Assembly: GCA_964396165.1 (NCBI GenBank)
Contig: CAYNEF010000009.1
Location: forward strand, 52,354 to 84,353
Source of the DNA: an uncultured Pseudobdellovibrionaceae bacterium
Lineage (GTDB): Bacteria > Bdellovibrionota > FAC87 > UBA2466
DNA length: 32,000 nt
Reading direction: 5' to 3'
This document shows positions 1-11,039 of the stretch, one piece after another (positions within the stretch are counted from its first letter, which is position 1; each line of letters begins with the position of its first letter). The notes beneath the pieces are model-generated. The model did not search any database, was not told the origin of the DNA, and saw nothing but the letters and a program-made list of their open reading frames with translations. A program made the position numbers and the translations under genes.

Positions 1-2931
1 ATCGGCCTTTCAGAAAAAGGAATTTTAAAAAAATACAATGTGGAATTGATTGGTGCCAAAGAAACTGCGATTCGTTTGGCAGAAAGCCGTGAACTTTTCA
101 AAGGCGTTCTTGATCGTGTGAATGTCGGCTACCCTAAGGGTGGCTTTGCAAAGAACATGCAGGAAGCTGAAAAAGTCGTCGAAGAAATTGGTTTTCCTGT
201 GATTATTCGTCCCTCGTTTACACTCGGGGGCACTGGCGCCGGCATGGCGTACAATATTGAAGAATTCAAAATTGAATGTGCGAAGGGGATTGAAGCAAGT
301 CCTGTCAGCGAAGTTTTAATTGAAGAATCTGTTTTGGGATGGAAAGAGTATGAACTCGAAGTCATCCGCGACACAAAAGACAATGTCGTTATTATTTGCT
401 CGATCGAAAATATTGATCCCATGGGCGTACATACTGGCGACAGTATTACCGTTGCGCCTCAACAGACACTCACAGATAAAGAATACCAAGTGATGCGTGA
501 TGCTTCGATTCGTATCATTCGCGAAGTGGGCGTAGATACTGGGGGCTGTAATATCCAGTTTGCGGTTTGTCCAAACACAGGACGCCAGGTTGCTATCGAG
601 ATGAACCCACGCGTGTCGAGAAGTTCCGCACTTGCTTCCAAGGCCACTGGGTTTCCCATCGCTAAAATTGCGGCAAAACTTGCTGTCGGTTACACGCTCG
701 ATGAAATACCCAATGACATCACCAAGAAAACGCCTTCGTGTTTCGAACCCAGCATCGATTACGTGGTCACAAAAATGCCTCGCTTCGCATTTGAAAAGTT
801 TCCTAGGAGTGACAACAGACTTTCTCCCTCGATGAAATCTGTCGGTGAGGCAATGGCGTTTGGGAGAACTTTTAAAGAGTCCTTTCAAAAAGCACTGCGG
901 TCGCTTGAAATTAAATTGTGGGGCTTGAATCCTGTACAAGAACGAAGGAAATTACGTTCTGGCCAAACCTGGGCGGATGGAATCAAAAGTTATATCAAGG
1001 AAGCAAAGCCAGACCGTTTGCTTTGGGTAGCACAAGCTTTTCGTGAAGGTGTCAGCGTAGAAGACGTATATACAATTACAAAAATCGATCCGTGGTTTTT
1101 AAGACAAATTTCCGAAATTGTAGCCGAAGAAAAAGATATCGCTCACTGGGCAGGAAAATTAAATACTGTTCCGCAAGAAAAAATGTATTCCTGGAAGCGT
1201 CAGGGTTTTTCAGACGCAGCTATTGCACACTTTTTAAAATCTTCGGAAGATCAGGTAAGAGCTAAAAGACACCAACTGCATCTGGCACCGGCCTACAAAA
1301 TGATTGATACATGTGCTGCCGAATTTCAGTCGGAAACACCGTATTTTTATTCCACTTACGAAAAGACAAGCGATCTCGTCCCGGATACAGGTAAAAAGAA
1401 AGTCATGATTTTGGGCGGTGGCCCGAACCGAATCGGACAAGGAATTGAATTTGACTACTGTTGCGTTCAGGCAGCTTTTGCGCTTCGTGAAGAAGGCTAC
1501 GAGTGCATCATGGTGAATTGCAATCCTGAGACAGTGAGTACCGATTACGATATCAGCGACAAACTGTATTTCGAACCGCTTTTTCTAGAAGATATTTTAA
1601 ATCTGATTGATAAAGAAAAACCGATGGGCCTAGTAGTCCATTTTGGTGGACAGACTCCTCTTAATTTGAGCAGGCAACTCGCCAAATACAATGCGCCAAT
1701 CATCGGCATGGACGCAAAAGCAATCGAAGTAGCAGAAGATCGCGATAAGTTCCGTGCTCTTTGTTATGAGCTTTCCGTACGCCAGCCCGAAAGCGTGACG
1801 GTAAATCAACCCGTGCAAGCGCTAGAAGCTGCCGAGCAATTGGGTTTTCCACTTCTTGTTCGCCCTTCCTTTGTGTTGGGTGGACGTGGGATGGAAATCA
1901 TTTACAACTCACGTGATTTTCAAAAGTGGATGATGAAGGGAATTGAAATTTCTCCTGAGTCGCCTCTTCTCATCGACAGGTATTTAAGAAATGCAATTGA
2001 AGTGGATGTCGACGCTATTTGCGATGGTGAAGACGTGCATATTTGTGGAATCATGGAACAGGTGCAAGAAGCCGGCGTACATTCAGGCGATTCCGGTTGT
2101 TCTGTTCCCCCGATGACTTTGTCCAAAGAAATTCAGGATGAATTAAAAACGCAAACTGCAAAACTTGCGCTCGCATTGAACGTAAAAGGTTTGTTGAATA
2201 TTCAGTGGGCGATTGAAGACGGAAAAGTTTACGTGATTGAAGTGAACCCGCGTGCTTCGCGCACGGTTCCTTTTGTCAGCAAAGCCAATGGAATTCCGTA
2301 CGCTAAAATCGCGATGAAAGTAATGCTTGGTAGAAAACTAAAAAGTTTTGGCGATTTAAAACCGTGCTCTGATCTATTTTACGTAAAAGAAGCAGTATTT
2401 CCCTTCAATCGATTCCCCGGCACAGACATTATTTTAGGCCCTGAAATGCGTTCGACTGGTGAAGTAATGGGGGTAGGAAAGACTTTCGCTGAGGCTTTTG
2501 GGAAATCCATTATCGCTTCAGGCTTTAAAATACCCCTCTCTGGGACGGCTTTTTTGAGTGTGAGAGACGTGGATAAAGAGGGTATTTTGCCTGTTGCACG
2601 TGAATTATCGGAGCTTGGCTTTGATTTATGCGCGACCCGTGGAACTGCACAATACTTGGAAAAACAAGGACTTAAGGTCGCATTGGCCAATAAGGTAAAC
2701 GAAGGTCGTCCGCATTGCGTTGATCTCTTGAAAAATGGTGAAATTCAGCTAGTTATAAACACTTCGGCCTTAGGAATTCACGAAGTGGGAGCCGCGTATG
2801 ATTTGCGGCGCACGACTCTGATGAAAAACATTTGTTATTTTACAACTGTCGCTTCCGCAAGGGCCGGGGCTCTGGCAATTAAAGAGCTAAAAAAGGTGCC
2901 GCTAGAAACACACTGCTTGCAGGAGAGATAG
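1..2931 (+). CDS. carB: Carbamoyl-phosphate synthase large subunit, 5'-truncated by the window edge
   Basis: Frame +1 is open from base 1 ([25 protein letters not shown]...). The protein has duplicated ATP-grasp halves ([21 protein letters not shown]), [33 protein letters not shown], and [23 protein letters not shown] at the second half. The ATG given at 40 is probably internal. Confidence 0.97.
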   Translation: MGLSEKGILKKYNVELIGAKETAIRLAESRELFKGVLDRVNVGYPKGGFAKNMQEAEKVVEEIGFPVIIRPSFTLGGTGAGMAYNIEEFKIECAKGIEASPVSEVLIEESVLGWKEYELEVIRDTKDNVVIICSIENIDPMGVHTGDSITVAPQQTLTDKEYQVMRDASIRIIREVGVDTGGCNIQFAVCPNTGRQVAIEMNPRVSRSSALASKATGFPIAKIAAKLAVGYTLDEIPNDITKKTPSCFEPSIDYVVTKMPRFAFEKFPRSDNRLSPSMKSVGEAMAFGRTFKESFQKALRSLEIKLWGLNPVQERRKLRSGQTWADGIKSYIKEAKPDRLLWVAQAFREGVSVEDVYTITKIDPWFLRQISEIVAEEKDIAHWAGKLNTVPQEKMYSWKRQGFSDAAIAHFLKSSEDQVRAKRHQLHLAPAYKMIDTCAAEFQSETPYFYSTYEKTSDLVPDTGKKKVMILGGGPNRIGQGIEFDYCCVQAAFALREEGYECIMVNCNPETVSTDYDISDKLYFEPLFLEDILNLIDKEKPMGLVVHFGGQTPLNLSRQLAKYNAPIIGMDAKAIEVAEDRDKFRALCYELSVRQPESVTVNQPVQALEAAEQLGFPLLVRPSFVLGGRGMEIIYNSRDFQKWMMKGIEISPESPLLIDRYLRNAIEVDVDAICDGEDVHICGIMEQVQEAGVHSGDSGCSVPPMTLSKEIQDELKTQTAKLALALNVKGLLNIQWAIEDGKVYVIEVNPRASRTVPFVSKANGIPYAKIAMKVMLGRKLKSFGDLKPCSDLFYVKEAVFPFNRFPGTDIILGPEMRSTGEVMGVGKTFAEAFGKSIIASGFKIPLSGTAFLSVRDVDKEGILPVARELSELGFDLCATRGTAQYLEKQGLKVALANKVNEGRPHCVDLLKNGEIQLVINTSALGIHEVGAAYDLRRTTLMKNICYFTTVASARAGALAIKELKKVPLETHCLQER

Positions 2932-3405
2932 ATGAGTCAAGTTCCGATGACGCTGAAGGGGAAGCTGAAGCTTGAAGAAGAAATCAAGCATTTGAAAACA
3001 GTAGTGCGCCCTCAAATTATAGAAGAGATTGCCGTTGCCCGTTCTCACGGGGATTTATCTGAAAATGCTGAATACGATGCCGCAAAAGAAAAACAGGCAT
3101 TCTGTGAAGGCCGCATTAAAGAAATCGATGATAAACTTGCGCGCGCGCAGGTGATTGATCTTTCTACTGTTACCACGGATAAAGTTGTATTTGGTGCGAC
3201 AGTTGAATTAGCAGATACCGAAACGGGCGAAAAGAAAAATTATTCCATCGTAGGTACAGACGAAGCCAATATTAAATTGGGTTTACTCTCTATTGATAGC
3301 CCGGTTGCGCGTCAGCTTGTCGGTAAAAAAGAAGGCGATGTCGTGACGATTCGAATTCCCAAAGGCGAAGTGGAATACGAAATCTTATCTGTTAAGTACG
3401 AATAA
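2932..3405 (+). CDS. greA: Transcription elongation factor GreA
   Basis: 157 aa starting [22 protein letters not shown], with the [27 protein letters not shown] motif and a C-terminal [31 protein letters not shown] domain. It directly abuts the carB stop. Confidence 0.96.
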   Translation: MSQVPMTLKGKLKLEEEIKHLKTVVRPQIIEEIAVARSHGDLSENAEYDAAKEKQAFCEGRIKEIDDKLARAQVIDLSTVTTDKVVFGATVELADTETGEKKNYSIVGTDEANIKLGLLSIDSPVARQLVGKKEGDVVTIRIPKGEVEYEILSVKYE

Positions 3406-4056
3406 TTATTTTTTCCACTCACTCGAGAAAGCTGTTTTTCCTTCAGGAATTTGGGGATAGTTCTGCTTTGCTTTCTCGGCAAAAGGTTTAAGTTGGTTCG
3501 TTTGTTCTAAATGCTTCAGGAAATCAAAGGCCTGATCGCTCGGAAATCTGCTTTCTTGCGTATTCCCGCGATCGCGACGCGCGCGGTTCATATACAGCTC
3601 CGGATCTTTATGAAACTCCGGATCGGAAAATACTCGTTGCTCTAGGAAATCTAATATTTTTTCTCTGCCCTCTCTGGAAGGAGGGTAACGTAAATCGGGT
3701 GATTTAAAATAGGCCCGGGCAGTTTTTCTCAATTCGGGGCTTTTTGCTTCAGCTTCCTCGATGGCTTTTGCTTCTTCTGCGGCTTTGCGTTCTTCCGCTT
3801 CTTTAACTTCTCTTTCTTTACGTTCTTTCTCCTCTCTGAGTTCCTTTTCTCTGGATGTTTTTATTGTATCAAGAATGTATTCGCGTACTCCATCACTTAC
3901 CCTGGCAGCTTTAAGATCTGCATCCACAGCGGCTAGTATTTTTAACAGTTCAGGACAGGTCTCATCTGCGTAACTTCTTGGAGTATAAAGAGTAACAAAC
4001 ATTAAAAGGCTGCAGGTGATGAGTTGAAGAAGAAGACTAAAATTTTTCTTAATCAT
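3406..4056 (-). CDS. Hypothetical secreted protein with a charged coiled-coil middle
   Basis: 216 aa ORF with a signal-peptide-like N terminus (MIKKNFSLLLQLITCSLLMFVTLYTPRSYA) followed by a Glu/Lys/Ala-rich coiled-coil-like segment. Confidence 0.7.
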   Translation of the reverse strand: MIKKNFSLLLQLITCSLLMFVTLYTPRSYADETCPELLKILAAVDADLKAARVSDGVREYILDTIKTSREKELREEKERKEREVKEAEERKAAEEAKAIEEAEAKSPELRKTARAYFKSPDLRYPPSREGREKILDFLEQRVFSDPEFHKDPELYMNRARRDRGNTQESRFPSDQAFDFLKHLEQTNQLKPFAEKAKQNYPQIPEGKTAFSSEWKK

Positions 4057-4065
4057 GATGCATCC

Positions 4066-4407
4066 TTAATTATTAGGTGCGCCGGCGTTGATCCAACTTG
4101 CGATGGCTGCAAGTTGAGCGACTGATGGCACAGTTCCATCTTTGGGCATTCTACCAGAATTGATTGCAGTATAGAGGGGACTTGTTGCGGCACTTCCACT
4201 GACCACTGCCTGCATGGTGCCGGCGTAACTCTCAAAACTATACCCACCTGAGGTGCCGTGGCAGCCGGTACAACCAGGAGTTAAAATATTTTGTGAAATC
4301 GAGCTGTAGGTTGCCGTGACCGCGACTGATTGGTCAATCGTGGAGCCGCTTTTAGAGCAAGAAGAAAGTAAGATTGCCGCAAGAAGTAAGATACAGGTCT
4401 TTGTCAT
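4066..4407 (-). CDS. Small c-type cytochrome-like lipoprotein
   Basis: 113 aa with a lipobox-like LLAAILLSSC and a single CxxCH haem motif (PGCTGCHG), followed by SGRMPKDGTVPSVAQLAAIASWINAGAP, typical of small cytochrome c domains. Confidence 0.8.
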   Translation of the reverse strand: MTKTCILLLAAILLSSCSKSGSTIDQSVAVTATYSSISQNILTPGCTGCHGTSGGYSFESYAGTMQAVVSGSAATSPLYTAINSGRMPKDGTVPSVAQLAAIASWINAGAPNN

Positions 4408-4488
4408 AAAAAGATTATCTTAGCCCGAGTCTACTTCGTCAAACCGGGCTTGTGTAATGGGAACTTAAGATTTAGTCTGCAACTACTT

Positions 4489-6570
4489 ATGAGTGACGTC
4501 CTCGGTAACTCGATTACATACATTAAAGGAGTGGGCCCAAAGCTTGCTCAAGTGCTGCACAAAAAGGGAATCGACACGCTTGAGGATGCACTTTATTTTG
4601 TGCCGCGTCTTTATGAAGACAGAAGGCGCATTATCCCTATCGCTTCGCTTCAGCCCAATACTACAGCCACAATTTCTGGAAAAGTTGTCAGCGCAAAAGA
4701 AGTGGGATTTACGCGTTACCAGAAACGTTTTGAAGTAACGCTAGCTGATGCGACAGGACGTACCGTTCTTACCTGGTTTAGAGCGTATCCTAGTCTGAAA
4801 GAAGAGTTCAAAGTGGGAACTTCCTTTCTCGTGAATGGAGAAGTGAAGTTGTACCGCGGGCTTTCGCAGATCACCCATCCAGATTACGAAAAAATTGAAG
4901 AGTTTGTAGACGGAAAACCAAAGGCTTCGATTAATTTTGGGCGCATTGTTCCTGTTTATAGCGAGACCGAAGGCTTGCACCAGAAAACAATTCGCAAAAT
5001 CATGGGGGAAGTTGTCCGTACTTCCGTAAAAGAATTGCATGACGTCTTACCGGAAGAAATGCGTGCACGTCTGGAACTTCCCACACTCAGACAAAGTTTT
5101 GTGGATCTCCATTTTCCAAAAACATTGCCGGAAGAAGGGCTTCCGTTAGATGCCCTGAAAAGAATCATCTTTGAAGAGTTCTTCGTATTGCAACTTGGCT
5201 TAGGCTTAAGAAAAAGAGAAACGCAAAAGAAAACGGCGCCTGCGTTAGTAAATAAAAACGGTGCTTTGGAAAAGTATATTGCAGGCCTTCCTTTTTCTCT
5301 TACAGGAGATCAGAAAAAGGTAATCGAGCAGGTGAATCACGATATTGCTCGTCCGCTCATGATGACAAGACTTGTGCAAGGGGATGTGGGATCTGGAAAA
5401 ACAGCCGTGGCGTTTGCAGCTGTCTCTGTCACAGCAAGTTCTGGTTACCAAACTGCGATCATGGCACCCACGGAATTACTCGCCATTCAGCACGCAAAAA
5501 GTGCTGCGGCGTTATTGCCTGACTTAAAAGTTGCACTTCTTACGCATAGTACGGCTAAGGACAAAGAGCTTCACAAGACGATTCACTCAGGCGAAGTGAG
5601 TTTGGTGATTGGAACGCATGCTCTCTTTCAAGAAAACGTAAAGTTTAAAAAATTGGGTCTTGTGATTGTGGATGAACAGCACCGCTTTGGGGTAGAGCAA
5701 CGCGCGGATTTACTTAAAAAGAGCGAGAAAGAAAATGCGCATCTTTTAATGATGACGGCCACTCCGATACCGAGAACTCTTGCGCTGACACTCTATGGAG
5801 ATTTGGACTTAAGTATCATCCGGGAAAAACCGCAAAACCGCAAAAAAGTGAATACGACGATTTTAAAAGATCGGGACTTGCCACGCGTTTATCAAAAGAT
5901 CAACGAGACTGTCGCAAGGGGCGAACAGGTTTATATAATTTATCCTTTGATTGAGGCGTCTGAAAAATTGGAATTAAAATCAGCGACTGAGATGTACGAG
6001 AAGCTTCGAAAAGAAATATTTCCTACGCTGAAACTTGCTTTGTTGCACGGTAGGATGAAGGGACAGGAAAAAGAAGACATCTTAAAGGCATTTAAGAACC
6101 GCGAATTTGATATTTTAGTTTCTACTACGGTAATTGAAGTAGGGATCGATGTTCCCAATTCGACGTTAATGGTGATTGAACACCCTGAACGTCTGGGGTT
6201 ATCGCAGTTGCACCAGTTAAGAGGACGGGTGGGTCGTGGAGACAAGCAAAGTACGTGTTTACTTGTGGTGGATAAATTCGTTTTACCTCGTTTAAGAGTA
6301 ATGGAAACATCGGATGATGGCTTTGTGATCGCGGAAGAAGATTTAAAATTCCGTGGGCCAGGAGAGTTTTTGGGTACAAGACAAAGCGGTCTTCCTGGTT
6401 TCAGGGTAGGGCATATCTTAAGGGATGCATCCTTATTGGAACTAGCGCGAAGTGAAGCGGAAGCAATTCTTTTGAAAGATCCCACACTGGATTTAAAAGA
6501 AAATTCCGGCATTCGTAAAATGGTAGAAACCCGCTGGAAACAAAAAATTGAGAGACTTAGAGGAGGGTAA
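4489..6570 (+). CDS. recG: ATP-dependent DNA helicase RecG
   Basis: ORF 4450..6570; the ATG at 4489 gives MSDVLGNSITYIKGVGPKLAQVL. Motifs include RLVQGDVGSGKTAVAF, VIVDEQHRFGVEQR, MTATPIPRTLALTLYGDLD, HPERLGLSQLHQLRGRVGRG and RGPGEFLGTRQSGLPGFR. Confidence 0.96.
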   Translation: MSDVLGNSITYIKGVGPKLAQVLHKKGIDTLEDALYFVPRLYEDRRRIIPIASLQPNTTATISGKVVSAKEVGFTRYQKRFEVTLADATGRTVLTWFRAYPSLKEEFKVGTSFLVNGEVKLYRGLSQITHPDYEKIEEFVDGKPKASINFGRIVPVYSETEGLHQKTIRKIMGEVVRTSVKELHDVLPEEMRARLELPTLRQSFVDLHFPKTLPEEGLPLDALKRIIFEEFFVLQLGLGLRKRETQKKTAPALVNKNGALEKYIAGLPFSLTGDQKKVIEQVNHDIARPLMMTRLVQGDVGSGKTAVAFAAVSVTASSGYQTAIMAPTELLAIQHAKSAAALLPDLKVALLTHSTAKDKELHKTIHSGEVSLVIGTHALFQENVKFKKLGLVIVDEQHRFGVEQRADLLKKSEKENAHLLMMTATPIPRTLALTLYGDLDLSIIREKPQNRKKVNTTILKDRDLPRVYQKINETVARGEQVYIIYPLIEASEKLELKSATEMYEKLRKEIFPTLKLALLHGRMKGQEKEDILKAFKNREFDILVSTTVIEVGIDVPNSTLMVIEHPERLGLSQLHQLRGRVGRGDKQSTCLLVVDKFVLPRLRVMETSDDGFVIAEEDLKFRGPGEFLGTRQSGLPGFRVGHILRDASLLELARSEAEAILLKDPTLDLKENSGIRKMVETRWKQKIERLRGG

Positions 6571-6657
6571 TTAATTAGCATATTGTGGAAGAGGGGGTAA
6601 GCGCTCCAACCCCGAAGTCGCGTTACCCCCTCTTCCACAATATGCTAATTAATTACC
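6566..6657. repeat. Perfect 35-bp inverted repeat with 22-nt loop (long hairpin 'A')
   Basis: Left arm 6566-6600 is GGTAATTAATTAGCATATTGTGGAAGAGGGGGTAA. Loop 6601-6622 is GCGCTCCAACCCCGAAGTCGCG. Right arm 6623-6657 is the exact reverse complement. It overlaps the recG stop codon and has no following T-tract. Confidence 0.98.
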
Positions 6658-6690
6658 GACAATCTAAGTATTGGGTTATTTGAGGAGTGG

Positions 6691-7458
6691 ATGATGGAAC
6701 TAGGACTTAAAGGAAAAGTGGCGTTTGTACTGGGGGGAACTTCTGGGATTGGTTTTGCGATTGCCGAAGAACTTGTGAAAGAAGGGGCTGACGTCATTAT
6801 TGCCAGCCGTGACTTTAATCATGTCGATAAGGCTGTAAAGTATTTGAAGCGGATTAATCCCACTTCCAAAGTGATGGGAAAGCAGATTGATTTACTCGAT
6901 AGTAAAAAAATTCAGAAGACCTTAAGTGAAACTCTTAAACAAACGGGTATTGATATCTTGATTAATAATGTGGGCGGCCCTGCCAGTGGTCTCACTCCTG
7001 ATATTTCGATGGAAGATTGGGATAGGGGATACCAAAGTTTGCTTCGTTCGGTACTTTTAACGACTAAAGCAGTTCTTCCCGGGATGAAAAAGAAGAAATG
7101 GGGTCGCATTCTGACTGTTACCTCAACTGCCGCGCGAGAAATTATTCCCAAACTTCCCGTAAGCGCCACTTTTCGTGCGGGGCTATCTGCATATGCCAAA
7201 GTACTTGCTAAAGACATCGGACGTGACGGGATTCTCGTAAACAATTTATTGCCCGGTCCAACGAATACGACACGGTTATCAGAGCTAAAAAAGAAAAGCC
7301 CGGCTTTTTTTAACTCCATGGCAGCTGAAACAGCGCTTGGCCGAATTGCTGAGCCGGAAGAAATTGCACGCGTTGCTGTTTTTCTCTGCTCCCAAGCAAA
7401 TTCCTACATCACAGGCACAGACGTGCTCGCTGACGGCGGTTACACCAAAGCTCTTTAA
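6691..7458 (+). CDS. Short-chain dehydrogenase/reductase (Rossmann-fold SDR)
   Basis: 255 aa with the cofactor motif FVLGGTSGIGFAIAEEL, DILINNVGG, active-site-region serines followed by LSAYAKVLAKDIG (YxxxK) and a C-terminal VLADGGYTK. Confidence 0.9.
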   Translation: MMELGLKGKVAFVLGGTSGIGFAIAEELVKEGADVIIASRDFNHVDKAVKYLKRINPTSKVMGKQIDLLDSKKIQKTLSETLKQTGIDILINNVGGPASGLTPDISMEDWDRGYQSLLRSVLLTTKAVLPGMKKKKWGRILTVTSTAAREIIPKLPVSATFRAGLSAYAKVLAKDIGRDGILVNNLLPGPTNTTRLSELKKKSPAFFNSMAAETALGRIAEPEEIARVAVFLCSQANSYITGTDVLADGGYTKAL

Positions 7459-7540
7459 GGAATAGACACCTTAACATTTGTTGCAACTTCTGTGGCGTGA
7501 CTCTTACTGCTAATGGAGATTGGTTGTATGATTAATTTAT

Positions 7541-8371
7541 ATGAAAAAACTATTCTTGGTTTTTCTACTCCCTGTGATGGTTATTGCTTATTCCGAAGGC
7601 GAGTTCTACAAGTCTCACCCCTTTAGAGGGAATACGCTCCCCCAGGAGCTGTTACTGGATGCAAGTACTCCACAAGTATTTCTCTATAATGGAAAAGGCG
7701 TATGGGATACAGGCTACGAACACCTGAAAATGTTCTTAAGCGAACACAATGTCTCCTACAAAACTGTTTATGCAAAAGATTTAATCGACGGTAAACTCCA
7801 AAGCAATTTGCCAAATACACTTATCATGCCGGGTGGTCAGTCGTGGGAGTATTTGGCGGAGCTTGGCGATCAAGGCGCTGCCAACATCAAGAATTTTGTA
7901 AGAAGCGGGGGCGGGTATATCGGTATTTGTGCAGGGGCTTTTTACGCGACGTCTAACCGAGAAGGTGGGCAGACGACTGGCTCGTACGGAATTGGATTGC
8001 TAGAGGGAACCGCCTATGACGGAACTTCTCTTCACACGACACCCTTTATAGAAGGGATGATGGACATTCCGTTGATGCCGGTGTCATTGAATGCCGGCTT
8101 TCAATCGATGAATCGTATTGTGATGTTTGGTGGACCTTCATTTAAGTACAGCGAAAAGGAAAGTACCGATAAGAAATTGGAAGTACTGGCAAGATTTCAG
8201 GTCGTAGGTGATCCCTCGATGGTTTTATTTCAATATGGCAAGGGCAAAGTGTATTTGTCTGGACCACACTTGGAAATTGAAGAAGATCGCACGGATTGGG
8301 GACAGGCTTTCTATGATCCTGAATCCGATTGGCCACTTTTAGAGCGTGTTTTAAAAACCGTAAGTAACTAA
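7541..8371 (+). CDS. Secreted BPL_N / class-I glutamine amidotransferase-like protein
   Basis: 276 aa, signal-peptide-like MKKLFLVFLLPVMVIAYS, VFLYNGKGVWDTGYEHLK, NTLIMPGGQSWEYL and GGGYIGICAGAFYA (nucleophile-elbow Cys), as in biotin-protein-ligase N-terminal-like domains. Confidence 0.75.
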   Translation: MKKLFLVFLLPVMVIAYSEGEFYKSHPFRGNTLPQELLLDASTPQVFLYNGKGVWDTGYEHLKMFLSEHNVSYKTVYAKDLIDGKLQSNLPNTLIMPGGQSWEYLAELGDQGAANIKNFVRSGGGYIGICAGAFYATSNREGGQTTGSYGIGLLEGTAYDGTSLHTTPFIEGMMDIPLMPVSLNAGFQSMNRIVMFGGPSFKYSEKESTDKKLEVLARFQVVGDPSMVLFQYGKGKVYLSGPHLEIEEDRTDWGQAFYDPESDWPLLERVLKTVSN

Positions 8372-9621
8372 CTTTTCTTTTCGTGTGAGACAAGAGCCGC
8401 GATTACCAAATCGCCACTGACATTCAATGTCGTTCTACACATATCTAAAAACCTATCTACACCGAGAATCAATCCCATCCCTTCAGCTGGCACGCCAACC
8501 GATTGCATTAAGATCATAATCAAAGGCAGTGAGCCTCCAGGTACGCCTGCAGTTCCCACGCCTGCTAAAATAGACATTAATACAACTTGTACTTGCTGGC
8601 CGAGTCCCAGTTGCACACCATAAACTTGCGCGAGGAACAAAACAGTAATGCCTTCAAAAAGCGCCGTACCGTTTTGATTTGCCGTTGCTCCGACTGTTAA
8701 AACAAAGCGCGACACTTTAGGCGGCAGTTTCAATTCTTTTTCTGCGCATTCTAATGAGCGAGGCAAAGTGGCGTTGGAAGAAGCTGTAGAAAAGGCGTAG
8801 AGGTAAACTTCCTTACAACTTCGAAAAAACTGCATGGGCGCGTAGTTAGTAAATGCTTTTAAAAGAAACGAGTACACAACAAATTGCTGGATGAGTAACC
8901 CTACTACCACCACTGCTACATAAAAGATAAGAGATGCGAATATCGTGTAACCGAATTTAAAAGCAGTATTGAATACGATGACAAATACGGCAAAAGGGGC
9001 AAGCTTCATGGCTATTTCAACTACTTTCATCGAGGCTGCAAGAATTTGCTCGAGAACTTTTATCAAAGCATTCTCGTCGTGTTCCTCGGAAGCGTAGACG
9101 AGCCCTATTCCAAACAGCAATGCAAAGAACATGAACGCGAGCATTTCACCGTCGAGAGCGCGAAGTGCGCTGTCTAATGGATTTTTTGTTATCAGTTCTA
9201 CAATAGACTGAGAAGCAGGCTTTGCTTGAGAAGCATTGCCTTGAACTTTTTCCAAAGCTTTTGTTTGTTCGGTAATAATATTGCGATCTATTTGAAAGCC
9301 GACACCTGGTTTTAAAACGTTTACTAATGTGATTCCGATGATGACAGACGCGCTACTTGCTAAAATTGTATAAAATAATGTCTTGCCCGCTACCTTACCT
9401 AAACCCCTCCCTTTGCCGAGCTCATATACGCCTAAAACAAGTGCAGAAAATACTAGCGGCACCACCATCATAAAGATCATTCGTAAAAAGATCTGTCCGA
9501 TGGGTTGCAGCATGTGCGTATTAAAATCGACTAGCCATATCAAATCTGCGTGCGGGTGAAAAACCGTTCCCAGAGCGGCTCCCAGAGTTAATGCGATTAG
9601 TAATTTTGTATGGACTTTCAT
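8368..9621 (-). CDS. Sodium/proton:dicarboxylate (SDF/DAACS family) symporter
   Basis: 417 aa hydrophobic protein with FLRMIFMMVVPLVFSALVLGV, AFSTASSNATLPRSLECAEKEL, NQNGTALFEGITVLFLAQ and DRFLDMCRTTLNVSGDL, the signature regions of the family. Confidence 0.93.
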   Translation of the reverse strand: MKVHTKLLIALTLGAALGTVFHPHADLIWLVDFNTHMLQPIGQIFLRMIFMMVVPLVFSALVLGVYELGKGRGLGKVAGKTLFYTILASSASVIIGITLVNVLKPGVGFQIDRNIITEQTKALEKVQGNASQAKPASQSIVELITKNPLDSALRALDGEMLAFMFFALLFGIGLVYASEEHDENALIKVLEQILAASMKVVEIAMKLAPFAVFVIVFNTAFKFGYTIFASLIFYVAVVVVGLLIQQFVVYSFLLKAFTNYAPMQFFRSCKEVYLYAFSTASSNATLPRSLECAEKELKLPPKVSRFVLTVGATANQNGTALFEGITVLFLAQVYGVQLGLGQQVQVVLMSILAGVGTAGVPGGSLPLIMILMQSVGVPAEGMGLILGVDRFLDMCRTTLNVSGDLVIAALVSHEKKS

Positions 9622-9928
9622 TTCATCTCCTAATGCAACCCAACATTTATATAAGGGCTACCAGAAAAAAAAGTGACATCAAGTTTAATGTTGCACAGTT
9701 TCAAAATTAAAATGCGCGTCGCAGAAAAATGATTGGATGAGTGCACCATTTTTCAGATCCTATGATGCGGTGTGGATTACTCTAATGAATTAAATACTTA
9801 ACATTCCGCCATAAGTTCGGTAATCTTTTATTAATTCGTTCTTAGTTTTAAAAAGTAGTTGAGTAAACATTAACAAACCGTCACCTACACTAGATGTATC
9901 GTAGGTGAATTAACGTAAGTGAGGAAAC

Positions 9929-10987
9929 ATGAAAAACAATAATCCAAGTGGGTTACTGAAAAGTGTAGGCTTGTTTGTGGCGGCAATCGCTTTTTGCGCT
10001 GCTCAAACAAATACAATGGCGGGTGTCGGCGGATTCGTTGATGCTCAAATCTCTGGCGGTACAAATGCTACTGCTGGAACAACTGCATCCAATACGATTG
10101 GTTTTGGAGTAGCTGATGGTGCTGTTTATTTGTCCAAGGAATTGGGCAAAGGTAAGGTCATGGTAGATCTTCCATTCAAAATGAACACATTAGGAGCTAC
10201 ATCTTTAGGTCTAGCTGCTGCTGCTAAAGCTCAAGCCTATGTCAATTTCGGTTACGATTTTGGCATGGATTGGACACTAGGTCGTTTCGACAGTCCATTT
10301 GCTAATGAATCAAATGACTCTGTTGATTTGGCATATGCATTCCAATCTGGATTGTATGCATACGTTCCACACATCCACCAAGGGTTGATGTTGAATTATG
10401 CAAACAGTGGCTTCGCTGTTAAAGCGCTCGTATCTAATAGTGCTGGTGCTGCAACTCGTGAAACTGCTGAAGGCGCTGGTTCTTATGCAGACAATTACGA
10501 ATACGGCGTATTAGCAAAATACACACACGAATCCTTCTGGGTTGGTGCAGGTTACTACATGCACAAGCCAGCTGGTGGTGACAACACAGGTTCTCTCATC
10601 GATGTAAACTTAGGAACAAAGATGAACGATCTGTCTTTAGCACTTGATGTGATTTCCACAAAAGCTGCTGCAGCAGGTATCGATAGCGGTTTTGCTGTAG
10701 CTGCAAACGTTTGGTACGCAGTTAACAAAACTTGGGGAGTTGGATTACGCCCTGAATACGCCAGCAAAGCGCTTGGATACATGGCAACAACTACAACTGG
10801 CGCAAACTACAGCCAGTTCCAAGTAACTGCCGGTTCCACATGTGCACTTACGGATGATCTTAAAGTACGTATGAACTACGTATTTGCATCTTCCAAAGCA
10901 AATGGTGGCACAGGAACAACATGGACAGAAGCTGCCACAAGCACTTCTTCTCATGGTGGTGTTCTTTCCGCTGTGTACAAGTTCTAA
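9929..10987 (+). CDS. Porin-like outer-membrane beta-barrel protein
   Basis: 352 aa with a signal peptide (FVAAIAFCAAQTNTMAG), glycine-rich alternating beta strands, WTLGRFDSPFANESND and a C-terminal aromatic residue (SAVYKF), typical of BAM substrates. Confidence 0.8.
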   Translation: MKNNNPSGLLKSVGLFVAAIAFCAAQTNTMAGVGGFVDAQISGGTNATAGTTASNTIGFGVADGAVYLSKELGKGKVMVDLPFKMNTLGATSLGLAAAAKAQAYVNFGYDFGMDWTLGRFDSPFANESNDSVDLAYAFQSGLYAYVPHIHQGLMLNYANSGFAVKALVSNSAGAATRETAEGAGSYADNYEYGVLAKYTHESFWVGAGYYMHKPAGGDNTGSLIDVNLGTKMNDLSLALDVISTKAAAAGIDSGFAVAANVWYAVNKTWGVGLRPEYASKALGYMATTTTGANYSQFQVTAGSTCALTDDLKVRMNYVFASSKANGGTGTTWTEAATSTSSHGGVLSAVYKF

Positions 10988-11007
10988 TTTAGTAATCGTT
11001 TAATAAG

Positions 11008-11039
11008 AAGGCGATCTGGGAAACCAGATCGCCTTTTTT
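11008..11039 (+). terminator. Rho-independent terminator of the porin-like gene
   Basis: AAGGCGATCTGG-GAAA-CCAGATCGCCTT followed by Ts: a 12-bp perfect stem with a GNRA tetraloop, about 20 bp after the stop. Confidence 0.95.

Noticed and set aside
4419-4447. AGCCCG/CGGGCT inverted repeat between the cytochrome-like gene and recG
   Set aside because: Only a 6-bp stem with a 17-nt loop in a divergent intergenic region. It could be chance or an operator half-site and is too weak to claim.
6566-6657. Hairpin A (and likewise hairpin B at 23102-23192) as rho-independent terminators
   Set aside because: The stems are far longer than typical, the loops are 21-22 nt and neither is followed by a T-tract. 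The porin terminator at 11008-11039 shows what a canonical one looks like here.
8368-8371. Convergent stop codons overlapping between the BPL_N-like gene and the symporter
   Set aside because: The overlap is real (TAA and the opposite-strand TAG share bases) but common in compact genomes. No further signal.
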